In this document: in pieces, positions 8,219-15,832 of the stretch | Position numbering within the stretch: position 1 is the first letter of the stretch | Layout: each line of letters starts with the position of its first letter | Source: a bacterium | GTDB lineage: Bacteria; RBG-13-61-14; DATKZS01 | Direction: 5' to 3' | NCBI GenBank assembly: GCA_046484135.1 | Contig: JAWOBU010000283.1 | Location: 1 to 20,176, forward strand | DNA length: 20,176 nucleotides | Translations under genes and position numbers: made by a program | Notes under the pieces: model-generated | What the model was told of the DNA's origin: nothing | The model's database searches: none | The model's input: only the letters and a program-made list of their open reading frames with translations

Positions 8219-10867
8219 ATGAAACTTACCGAGATAAGAAACAAGTTCCTCGACTACTTTAGAAGGAACGGACACGAGATCGTTAAAAGCTCTTCCCTGA
8301 TACCGGAAGGGGACCCCACCCTGTTGTTCACCAACGCAGGAATGAACCAGTTCAAAGACGTGTTCTTAGGCGTGGAAAAGCGGTCCTACTCCAGGGCGGC
8401 CACTGCCCAGAAATGCTTCCGGGCCTCCGGAAAACACAACGACCTCGAGAACGTGGGCAGGACGGCCCGCCATCACACCTTTTTCGAGATGCTCGGCAAC
8501 TTCTCCTTCGGCGACTACTTTAAAAAGGACGCCATCAGGTTCGCCTGGGAGTTCATGACCGTGGACATGGCCCTTCCCAAGGACAAGCTCTGGATCACGG
8601 TCTACCAGGAGGACGACGAGGCCCACGAGCTGTGGAAGGAGGTCCCCGATGTGTCCCCGGACCGCATCCTTCGCATGGACGAAAAGGAGAACTTCTGGTC
8701 CATGGGAGACACCGGCCCCTGCGGTCCCTGCTCGGAGATACATATAGACCAGGGAGAGGAGCTGGGATGCGGCCGGCCCGACTGCGGTATCGAGTGCGAG
8801 TGCGACCGATACCTCGAGCTGTGGAACCTGGTCTTCATGCAATACAACCGCGACGAAAACGGAGAGCTCACTCCCCTGCCCCGCCCCAGCATTGACACCG
8901 GACTCGGAATCGAGAGGATCGCCGCGGTCAAGCAGGGGGTATACAACAACTATGACATAGACCACTTCCAGGACATCATCCGGACCATCACCGAGCTTAC
9001 CGGGAAAAAATACGGGGAAGACCCACATAACGACGTGTCCCTGCGTGTTATAGCAGACCATGCCCGGGCCATGGCCTTTCTCATAGGCGACGGAATCCTG
9101 CCGGCCAATGAAGGCCGCGGCTATGTGCTCCGCCGCGTAATGAGAAGGGCGGGCAGGCACGCCAAGATGCTCGGCAAAAGCGAGCCGGTGCTTTACAAGG
9201 TGGCCAATAAAGTGGGAGACCTCATGGGCGAGGCCTACCCCGAGCTCCTGGACAAGCGGACCTTTATCGCCGAGGTCATAAAGAAAGAGGAAGAGAGGTT
9301 CCTGGAGACACTGGACGCAGGCCTCAAGATACTCCAGGAAGAGATAGGAAAGATTGAAAGCGAAGGCAGGAAGACAACCACCATCTCCGGCGAGCTGGCC
9401 TTCAAGCTCTACGACACCTACGGCTTTCCAGTGGACCTGACCCGGAACATAGCGGAAGACGAGGGACTGGCAGTGGACCAGCAGGGCTTTGAAAAAGAGA
9501 TGCAAAAGCAGCGCGAGCGGGCCCGCGTGCACTGGAAAGGCTCGGGCGAGAGCACGGTGGACGAGGTATACAAAAAGATCAAGGCGGACCACGGCGAGAC
9601 CGAATTCACGGGCTACGACACCCTGTCCGACTCCGGCCGGGTGATAGCGCTCATTGCAGAAGGCAAGCCCGTGGACCGCGTATCCGGGCCGGGCGCGAAG
9701 TTCGAGCTTATTACAGACAAGACCCCTTTTTACGGCGAGTCGGGCGGACAGGTGGGAGACCGCGGAAAGGTGGAAGCGGACAATGCCTCGGCTACCGTTC
9801 ATGACACCACCCGTCCCATCGAGAATCTGTTCGTCCACCATTGCGAGCTTTTGCAAGGAAGCCTGCAAACCGGCGAGCCCGTGTCCCTCGAGGTGGACGA
9901 GGACCGGAGAAGGGACACCGCCAGAAACCACAGCGCCACCCATCTTCTCCAGGCGGCGCTCCGCCAGGTAGTGGGAGACCACGTGCACCAGAAAGGATCG
10001 CTGGTGACCCCCGACCGGCTCCGGTTCGACCTGACCCACTTCAGCCCTCTAAGCAGCGACGAGCTCAGAAAGCTCGAAGACCTGGTCAACCAGTGGATTC
10101 GCGAAAACCACCCGGTCAACGTGGACGTAGTCTCTCACAAGGAAGCTCTCCAGCGGGGGGCCACCGCCCTGTTCGGCGAGAAGTACGGCGAGGTCGTCCG
10201 AATGATCGAGATTGACGGGTTCTCCTGCGAGCTGTGCGGGGGCACCCACACCGGCAGGACCGGAGACATCGGACTCTTCAAGATCATGTCCGAGTCGGGC
10301 GTGTCAGCGGGAGTGCGCAGGATCGAAGCCGTGACCGGAAGGGCCGCGGTGGCCGAGCTCCACCGGCTGGAGGACAAGATCCAAAAGACCGCGGAATGCC
10401 TCCGGGCCGACCCCGCCGAGATAGAAGACCGCGCCGTAAAGCTCCAGGAGGAGATCAAAAGCCTGAAAAAAGAGCTCAAGGTCGAGCGGGAGAGGAAGCT
10501 CAAGAGCTCCGACGCAGACATCTTGGATGGCGTCAAGCAGGTCAACGGCATCAAGGTCTTGGCCGCCGAGGTACAGGTGTCAAACCCCAAAGACCTCCGC
10601 ACCCTTGGAGACGAGATCAAAAACCGGCTCAAGTCAGGGGTCGCCGTACTCGGCGCCCGCCACCAGAAAAAGGCCCACCTCTTGGCGGTGGTTACCGACG
10701 ATCTTACCGACAAGATCAAAGCCGGAGACTTGGTAAAAGAGCTGGCGCCGATGGTGGGCGGCAAAGGCGGCGGAAGGGCCGACTTCGCTCAGGCCGGTGG
10801 TCCGGAGCCCGACAACCTGGAACAGGCCCTGGCCCGGGTGGAAGAGCTGGTCTCCCGCAAACCCTGA
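8219..10867 (+). CDS. alaS: Alanine--tRNA ligase (882 aa)
   Basis: EIRNKFLDYF, DPTLLFTNAGMNQFK, RHHTFFEMLGNFSFGDYFK, GPCGPCSEI, editing NHSATHLL and ELCGGTH, C-Ala GGKGGGRADFAQAGG. Start set at ATG 8219 (MKLTEIR) by homology. Confidence 0.99.
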   Translation: MKLTEIRNKFLDYFRRNGHEIVKSSSLIPEGDPTLLFTNAGMNQFKDVFLGVEKRSYSRAATAQKCFRASGKHNDLENVGRTARHHTFFEMLGNFSFGDYFKKDAIRFAWEFMTVDMALPKDKLWITVYQEDDEAHELWKEVPDVSPDRILRMDEKENFWSMGDTGPCGPCSEIHIDQGEELGCGRPDCGIECECDRYLELWNLVFMQYNRDENGELTPLPRPSIDTGLGIERIAAVKQGVYNNYDIDHFQDIIRTITELTGKKYGEDPHNDVSLRVIADHARAMAFLIGDGILPANEGRGYVLRRVMRRAGRHAKMLGKSEPVLYKVANKVGDLMGEAYPELLDKRTFIAEVIKKEEERFLETLDAGLKILQEEIGKIESEGRKTTTISGELAFKLYDTYGFPVDLTRNIAEDEGLAVDQQGFEKEMQKQRERARVHWKGSGESTVDEVYKKIKADHGETEFTGYDTLSDSGRVIALIAEGKPVDRVSGPGAKFELITDKTPFYGESGGQVGDRGKVEADNASATVHDTTRPIENLFVHHCELLQGSLQTGEPVSLEVDEDRRRDTARNHSATHLLQAALRQVVGDHVHQKGSLVTPDRLRFDLTHFSPLSSDELRKLEDLVNQWIRENHPVNVDVVSHKEALQRGATALFGEKYGEVVRMIEIDGFSCELCGGTHTGRTGDIGLFKIMSESGVSAGVRRIEAVTGRAAVAELHRLEDKIQKTAECLRADPAEIEDRAVKLQEEIKSLKKELKVERERKLKSSDADILDGVKQVNGIKVLAAEVQVSNPKDLRTLGDEIKNRLKSGVAVLGARHQKKAHLLAVVTDDLTDKIKAGDLVKELAPMVGGKGGGRADFAQAGGPEPDNLEQALARVEELVSRKP

Positions 10868-10939
10868 TCCTTTTGTCCTGCCGCAGCCGGAGCTTTCGAT
10901 TTATGCCGGCGAGTATCTTGCAAAGTTCTGAGTTCTTGT

Positions 10940-11022
10940 GGCGGGAGCGAGCTCCCTGTCTGCGTGCGAACACGCACAGGCAGGCCGCTCGCGATAATCG
11001 AGACCTGCCTGTCTCTCCCGCC
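10940..11022. repeat. Nested palindromic (REP-like) element between convergent alaS and Fe-S gene
   Basis: Outer IR GGCGGGAG (10940-47)/CTCCCGCC (11015-22); inner 30-nt palindrome CCTGTCTGCGTG-CGAA-CACGCACAGGCAGG (10955-84); ACAGGCAGG (10976-84)/CCTGCCTGT (11004-12) perfect 9-bp IR. Confidence 0.6.
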
Positions 11023-11029
11023 GGGCCGG

Positions 11030-11920
11030 TCAACCTTTTTGCAAAAGCTCTATATCCAGGGGAAGGCCCTTTACCCCGTCCAGGTCCAGCGATCTTGCTC
11101 CCTGCCGGCATTTCTCGACACACAGGCCGCAACCCATGCAGTTCTCCCGGTTATACTCGGGCCTGCCATATCGGTCCATGCTGATGGCCTCGAACATGCA
11201 CACCTCGGCGCACTCGCCGCAGTTCTCGCAAAGCTCGGGCGAGAACTCGACCGCGTAGCCGGAAGCCACGATATTGGAAAGCTCCGCTCCCCCCTTTACC
11301 GACCTTGCGATCCGCATACCCTCGAGGCCGCCGCAACAGCACGAGCAGCAGGAACAGAGCACGCCCGTCTTGCCGCCGGTAGCAACCTTGAACCACGCCG
11401 TGGTAATGCACCCTTTTTGCCGCGCGTCCCGGATGATGGAAAGGGCCTCCTCCTGCGAGACGCGCCGGGCGTGGTACCGGGCGCCGTGCTCGAGCCAGAA
11501 CCCGGCCGCGGTCTCGCCTATAGCGATACACACGTTCAAAGGCAGGCAGGGGTCCTCCCGGGAGAGCCGGCAGGGACAGTCCATGACCGCGATGTAATCG
11601 GGCTCGGAGAAGATGATCCTTTTGGCGTAAGGAAAGGGGATGACCTGTTCGGAGGCCTCTCCCACGTCCAGCGGCTTTTGAAGGGACAGTATCTTCCGGG
11701 CGTCCGAGTCGGTGATGACCTTGGCGTGGTAGCGGTTGAAGACCGCCCGGAAAAGCCGGCCGAGGGGAGAGAACCAGGTGAGCCGGTCCCGCACCAGCCG
11801 GCCCGCTTTCAAAAAGTACTTTACGTACTTGTCGTACCACTTGAAGTAGATGTAGTTGTGTACCGCCCGGTCGGGCCGGGCGCCGTGCATGGCGAATATC
11901 TTGCGGGTGGATTCTTTCAA
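11030..11920 (-). CDS. Cys-rich 4Fe-4S dicluster (ferredoxin-domain) protein
   Basis: CPC-x7-C-x5-C, CSCCSCCC, and two ferredoxin motifs CENCGECAEVC and CMGCGLCVEKC. TTG start at 11920 (ATG 11890 is an alternative). Confidence 0.85.
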   Translation of the reverse strand: MKESTRKIFAMHGARPDRAVHNYIYFKWYDKYVKYFLKAGRLVRDRLTWFSPLGRLFRAVFNRYHAKVITDSDARKILSLQKPLDVGEASEQVIPFPYAKRIIFSEPDYIAVMDCPCRLSREDPCLPLNVCIAIGETAAGFWLEHGARYHARRVSQEEALSIIRDARQKGCITTAWFKVATGGKTGVLCSCCSCCCGGLEGMRIARSVKGGAELSNIVASGYAVEFSPELCENCGECAEVCMFEAISMDRYGRPEYNRENCMGCGLCVEKCRQGARSLDLDGVKGLPLDIELLQKG

Positions 11921-11938
11921 TTTCCGTCCGTCCGGCGG

Positions 11939-12349
11939 TTACATCTTTTTCATCCTGGTTTCGAGCTCGTTAATAAGCGAGCTCCCCTCTTCCGGTGTCA
12001 GGGCCGGAAGGGGCAGGCGGAGCTTTTTTTCTTTGCCGTCCTGCTCGGCAAGGAGGAAGGCCTTTTTATCGCTTTTTTGGTCCACTTTTTTCATGTCGGA
12101 GTAAAGCACAAGCTGGCGCGGCGCTGCCGGCGCAACCTTCATCTCCAGGTGGTCCGGGTGAAGCGTTATAAGGGAACGGCCCCGGTTCCAGACGCCTAAA
12201 ACAATGCCTATGATCCCTGCGAAGACAAAGAACCCGAATCCCGCAAATATCATGACTCCCGCCACTCCCAGGACCAGAAAGACGACGCCCCCTATAAGAG
12301 GCATCAACCAGTTGGTGTCTTTGCCCTTGAACTCACGCAGCTCCGACAT
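11939..12349 (-). CDS. Hypothetical membrane protein (2 TM plus small soluble beta-rich domain)
   Basis: AAGGAG SD; hydrophobic hairpin at aa ~14-54, then ITLHPDHLEMK...LVLYSDMKKV reminiscent of bacterial PH-like domains; start overlaps the upstream gene's end. Confidence 0.75.
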   Translation of the reverse strand: MSELREFKGKDTNWLMPLIGGVVFLVLGVAGVMIFAGFGFFVFAGIIGIVLGVWNRGRSLITLHPDHLEMKVAPAAPRQLVLYSDMKKVDQKSDKKAFLLAEQDGKEKKLRLPLPALTPEEGSSLINELETRMKKM

Positions 12350-12647
12350 TCCGCTGCTCCTTTCTCTTCTGAAAAGCCTCCTCCGACAGGGCGTCCAGTA
12401 CCTTCCGGCCGCCCACCATTCCCAGAATACCCAGCGGAATCAAAGGAATACTCCCTATGAACAGTATCCACGACCCGGCCCGGCGAAGCCCCGCCACTAT
12501 CAGGAACACGCCCGCCAGACAAACAAGAACCACCCCGGCAACAATACAATAGAGAACCGGCTCATCAGGATAGGCAACAAAAGCAAGCGCTGTATAAACA
12601 AGGTAGGCGATGACGGCGATATGGATATAGACGTTCAGGTACTTCAT
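12333..12647 (-). CDS. Hypothetical small membrane protein (about 3 TM)
   Basis: AAGGAG SD 6 nt before ATG; three hydrophobic segments and a charged C-terminal helix. Confidence 0.7.
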   Translation of the reverse strand: MKYLNVYIHIAVIAYLVYTALAFVAYPDEPVLYCIVAGVVLVCLAGVFLIVAGLRRAGSWILFIGSIPLIPLGILGMVGGRKVLDALSEEAFQKRKEQRNVGAA

Positions 12648-12684
12648 GTGCCGCTCCTTGCAGGATCAGGCCCGACTCAGAGGA

Positions 12685-12721
12685 TATGCTCTAAATAGCA
12701 TAAAGCAATTGAATAAGTCAA
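12685..12721 (-). promoter_or_regulatory. Putative promoter of the minus-strand three-gene unit with overlapping palindrome
   Basis: Minus strand TTGACT (12721-12716)-18 nt-TATTTA preceded by TGc; palindrome TATGCT-N6-AGCATA at 12685-12702 covers the -10 region. Confidence 0.4.
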
Positions 12722-12749
12722 GAATAAAAAAAATCGGAAAAAACGGTTC

Positions 12750-12778
12750 TTGACAAAGGGAGCGCACGATGGTAGAGT
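12750..12778 (+). promoter_or_regulatory. Sigma70 promoter of the btu operon
   Basis: TTGACA (12750-55)-17 nt-TAGAGT (12773-78) with extended -10 TG and A-tract UP-like element at 12723-12743; predicted start just upstream of the riboswitch. Confidence 0.8.
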
Positions 12779-12804
12779 TAGCATAACTTACACATCCGAG
12801 CAGG

Positions 12805-12990
12805 CGCCGGGGTCCGATAAAAGGGAAGATGGTGAGATTCCATCACGGACGCGCCACTGTATTCGGTTAAAGACCTCCCGATTTGTGCCACTGGGCGATA
12901 TGCCTGGGAAGGCCGGGAGGTTAGGCCGTAAGTCAGGAAACCTTCCCCGGCGTGCTTCACCGCACTTCCTCGCGGCCAGGGAGGGTGAAG
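12805..12990 (+). ncRNA. Cobalamin riboswitch (long peripheral extension, Cbl-I/AdoCbl-type architecture)
   Basis: AAAAGGGAA-GATGGTGAGATTCCATC, GCCACTGT, GCCACTG...TGGGAAGGC, B12 box AGTCAGGAAACCT; closing helix CGCCGGGG (12805-12)/CCCCGGCG (12945-52); ACCTCCCG/CGGGAGGT helix; P13 hairpin 12955-12990; directly upstream of btu genes. Confidence 0.95.
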
Positions 12991-13010
12991 GCGTAAACTT
13001 GTCTTTATGC

Positions 13011-13045
13011 CCCCGACCGAAGAGAAAGCGGTCGGGGTTTTTTTT
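13011..13045 (+). terminator. Riboswitch-controlled intrinsic terminator (attenuator)
   Basis: Perfect 9-bp stem CCCCGACCG/CGGTCGGGG, 9-nt loop, then T8, between aptamer and first gene. Confidence 0.9.
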
Positions 13046-13060
13046 ATGGGAGCGGAAAGC

Positions 13061-13975
13061 GTGAAACCAGGACTAAGAAACAGCGTGCCCTATGTTGCCG
13101 GCGCATCGGTGCTTGTTATTTTACTTTTCCTTTCCGTCATGCTCCGGCACACGGAGGGCGAGTCCGCGGAGTATGCCGGTTCTCCGGAGAGGATCGTGTC
13201 CCTGGCGCCCAGCGTAACCGAGATACTCTTCTCCCTGGGTCTCGACGACAGGATCGCGGGAGTGACCGACTTCTGCGATTACCCGGCCGAGGCACGGCAA
13301 AAGCCCACCATCGGCGGCTTCAAGGGCAAGAGCCTGGAAGCGATAGTGGGCTTGAACCCGGACCTGGTCATCGGCACCCGCGACGGCAACCAGCGGAACA
13401 TAATTCAAAAGCTCAATCGCCTGGGCATCCGTGTTTTCACCACTGAGCCGGCCACCTTGACCGGGGTGATCGAGTCAGTGCGCAAGATCGGCAAGGTCAC
13501 GGACCAGCAGGAGCAAGCTGAGGAGCTGGCCCGCCGGCTCGAGCGCCGCCTGGTGCGGGTGTCCTCCCGCGTGCAGGACGCGGACCGGGCCAAGGTCCTT
13601 TTTGTTTATGACCGCGAGCACATGATCCTCGCGGGACCCGGCACGTTTGCGGACGACATGATCAGGTGGGCGGGCGGCGAGAACCTGGCCGCAGACGCCC
13701 GGATGCCTTACCCGCGCTTTTCCATGGAGACAGTGCTGTCGCGCCGGCCGGAGGTGATCGTCGAGGGGGTCATGGGCAGCCAGGCGGGCGAAGGGTCCGG
13801 GGCCCGCGAGTTCTGGACCCGCTGGGAGTCATTGCCCGCGGTCAAAAACGACAGGATACTCCTCATGGACCAGGACCTTTTGGCCCGGCCTGGGCCCCGC
13901 ATCTTCGACGGTCTTTACAAGCTGGCCCGCGCGCTTCATCCGGAGCGGTTCGCGGACAAGGAGCAGAACCTTTGA
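13061..13975 (+). CDS. btuF: Cobalamin ABC transporter substrate-binding protein (304 aa)
   Basis: RIVSLAPSVTEILFSLG, GVTDFCDYP, SLEAIVGLNPDLVI, LPAVKNDRI, RPGPRIFDG; N-terminal hydrophobic segment. GTG 13061 chosen (GGGAG at 13048-52); ATG 13046 possible; ORF-track start 13007 lies upstream of the terminator. Confidence 0.9.
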   Translation: MKPGLRNSVPYVAGASVLVILLFLSVMLRHTEGESAEYAGSPERIVSLAPSVTEILFSLGLDDRIAGVTDFCDYPAEARQKPTIGGFKGKSLEAIVGLNPDLVIGTRDGNQRNIIQKLNRLGIRVFTTEPATLTGVIESVRKIGKVTDQQEQAEELARRLERRLVRVSSRVQDADRAKVLFVYDREHMILAGPGTFADDMIRWAGGENLAADARMPYPRFSMETVLSRRPEVIVEGVMGSQAGEGSGAREFWTRWESLPAVKNDRILLMDQDLLARPGPRIFDGLYKLARALHPERFADKEQNL

Positions 13976-15012
13976 ACACGGTTACCTGGCCGAAATGGAC
14001 GATTATCATGTCGGCCCTTTTGGCGGGCTCGGTCCTGGCATGCGGCATCTGCATGTTCTTTGGAGCGGAGCCGGTCAACTTTTCGGGGATTCGTCCCATT
14101 TCCAACCTCCTCTCGGCAGTACGCGGGGAGCAGCTCTCGCGGGACGCGGCCATATTGTTCGAGCTTCGGTTTCCGAGGCTCGTCCTGGCCGGCCTGGCGG
14201 GAGCTGCCCTGGCTACTGCCGGCTCGGGGTTTCAGGGACTTTTAAGAAATCCGCTGGCCGACCCTTTTATACTGGGGGTCTCGGGCGGGGGAGCTTTAGG
14301 AGCGATTGTGGCCATGTGGCTCGGGGTGGACAAGATCGGCGCATTTCCCGCGGTGCCGCTTTTCGCCTTTGCCGGGGCCTTTGCTACCGTGATGGCGGTG
14401 TTCAGCATCGCCCGGACCGGCGGCCGGGTGCCTGCTTCCACTTTGCTCCTGGCGGGGGTGGTGGCCAACGCCTTCCTGTCCGCGCTCATCATGTTCTTAG
14501 TGTCGGTGGGAGACGTGGGCCTCGCCTATGACATCGTCAACTGGATGATGGGAACGGTGGGATACGAGAGCTACTCCATGATACTGGGAATCGCGGCTTA
14601 CGTGTTCGCCGGAGTATTCGTGATACTGGGTCTTTCGCGGGACTTCAACCTGCTTTCTTTGGGCGACGACGCAGCCTATCAGAGCGGGGTCCCGGTGGAG
14701 CGGACCAAGGCCACCGCGTTCTTCGCGGCCAGCCTGGTTACCGGCGCGGTGGTGTCGGTTACCGGCCTGATCGGGTTTGTCGGGCTTATCGTGCCGCACA
14801 TCACCCGGCTTATTTTCGGTCCGGACCATCGCATCCTGATCCCGGCGTCCATATTTATCGGGGCCATCTTCCTCATGGCCTGCGACACCCTCGCCCGGAC
14901 GGTCATCGCGCCGTCGGAGATTCCGGTGGGAGTGGTCACCGCCCTGGCCGGCGGCCCTTTCTTCATCTATCTTTTGCGCCGCCGCCAGTCGCGCGGCTTT
15001 GTGGAGGCATAA
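13972..15012 (+). CDS. btuC: Cobalamin ABC transporter permease, FecCD/BtuC family (346 aa)
   Basis: LRFPRLVLA, FQGLLRNPLADPFILGVSGG, LSLGDDAAYQSGV, GLIGFVGLIVPH, EIPVGVVTALAGGPFF; TTG start overlaps the btuF stop (TTGA), AAGGAG SD at 13958-63. Confidence 0.92.
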   Translation: MNTVTWPKWTIIMSALLAGSVLACGICMFFGAEPVNFSGIRPISNLLSAVRGEQLSRDAAILFELRFPRLVLAGLAGAALATAGSGFQGLLRNPLADPFILGVSGGGALGAIVAMWLGVDKIGAFPAVPLFAFAGAFATVMAVFSIARTGGRVPASTLLLAGVVANAFLSALIMFLVSVGDVGLAYDIVNWMMGTVGYESYSMILGIAAYVFAGVFVILGLSRDFNLLSLGDDAAYQSGVPVERTKATAFFAASLVTGAVVSVTGLIGFVGLIVPHITRLIFGPDHRILIPASIFIGAIFLMACDTLARTVIAPSEIPVGVVTALAGGPFFIYLLRRRQSRGFVEA

Positions 15013-15013
15013 G

Positions 15014-15832
15014 ATGGACTATGCCATCGAGGCCCGGAACATAGAGTTTGCCTACCCGGACGCCCCCGCGGTGCTCCAGGGCGTTGACGTGGGAGCGGCG
15101 CCCCGCGAGATACTCGGCATCATCGGACCCAACGGCGCGGGCAAGACCACGCTCCTCAACATCCTGGCCTGGTCCCTCCGGCCCACCCGAGGAGAGGTAC
15201 TGCTGCTGGGCGAGCCGGCCTCGTCCCTTACCGCACGCGAGCGGGCCCGGCGGCTGGCCATGGTGCCGCAGGAGCCTGCCGTGGCCTTTTCCTTTTCCGT
15301 CATGGAGATCGTGCTCATGGGCCGCGCTCCCTATTTGGGAAGGTGGCAGCTCGAAGGCAGGGGAGACACGGACACAGCTAACGAGGCCCTTGCCATGACC
15401 GGTCTTGTCTCCCTTAAAAACCGGTCGTTCCACGAGCTCTCCGGAGGAGAAAAGCAGCGGGTTATGATAGCCAAGGCCCTGGCCCAGCGCTCGAATGTCC
15501 TTCTCCTGGACGAGCCCACCTCGTTTCTGGACCTCAAACACCAGGTCGAAATTTACCAGCTCGTAAGAGAGCTGGCCCGACAAAGAGATATAGCAGTGAT
15601 CGCGGTCTCCCACGACATTAACCTCGCGGCAATGCACTGCGACCGGGTGGCGGTGCTTTCCGGAGGCCGGGTAATCGAGCAGGGGCCTCCGGCCACCGTG
15701 GTCCGGCCGGACCTCCTCTCGCGGGTCTACGGGGTCGAGGTCGCCATGGCAAGCCATGAGCTTAGAAGCAACGCCCCCCTCATCTTCCCGGTGCCCGGGG
15801 GCGAGAAATCATGGAAAAGGGACAAGCCATGA
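15014..15832 (+). CDS. btuD: Cobalamin ABC transporter ATP-binding protein, FecE/HmuV/BtuD family (272 aa)
   Basis: Walker A GPNGAGKTT, signature LSGGEKQRV, Walker B LLLDEPT, H-loop SHDINLA; GGAGG SD at 15003-07. Confidence 0.92.
   Translation: MDYAIEARNIEFAYPDAPAVLQGVDVGAAPREILGIIGPNGAGKTTLLNILAWSLRPTRGEVLLLGEPASSLTARERARRLAMVPQEPAVAFSFSVMEIVLMGRAPYLGRWQLEGRGDTDTANEALAMTGLVSLKNRSFHELSGGEKQRVMIAKALAQRSNVLLLDEPTSFLDLKHQVEIYQLVRELARQRDIAVIAVSHDINLAAMHCDRVAVLSGGRVIEQGPPATVVRPDLLSRVYGVEVAMASHELRSNAPLIFPVPGGEKSWKRDKP

Noticed and set aside
8366..10039. 557-aa ORF antisense to alaS (and similar shadows over ackA, MCP, Fe-S and btu genes)
   Set aside because: Entirely overlap well-supported genes and show antisense-typical composition; no motifs.
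10975..11032. Selenocysteine read-through of the Fe-S gene's TGA (hairpin follows)
   Set aside because: The domain is complete before the TGA, the extension is not protein-like, and the hairpin is explained by the repeat.
12750..13064. 104-aa ORF upstream of btuF
   Set aside because: Begins in the -35 box and spans the riboswitch and terminator; non-coding.
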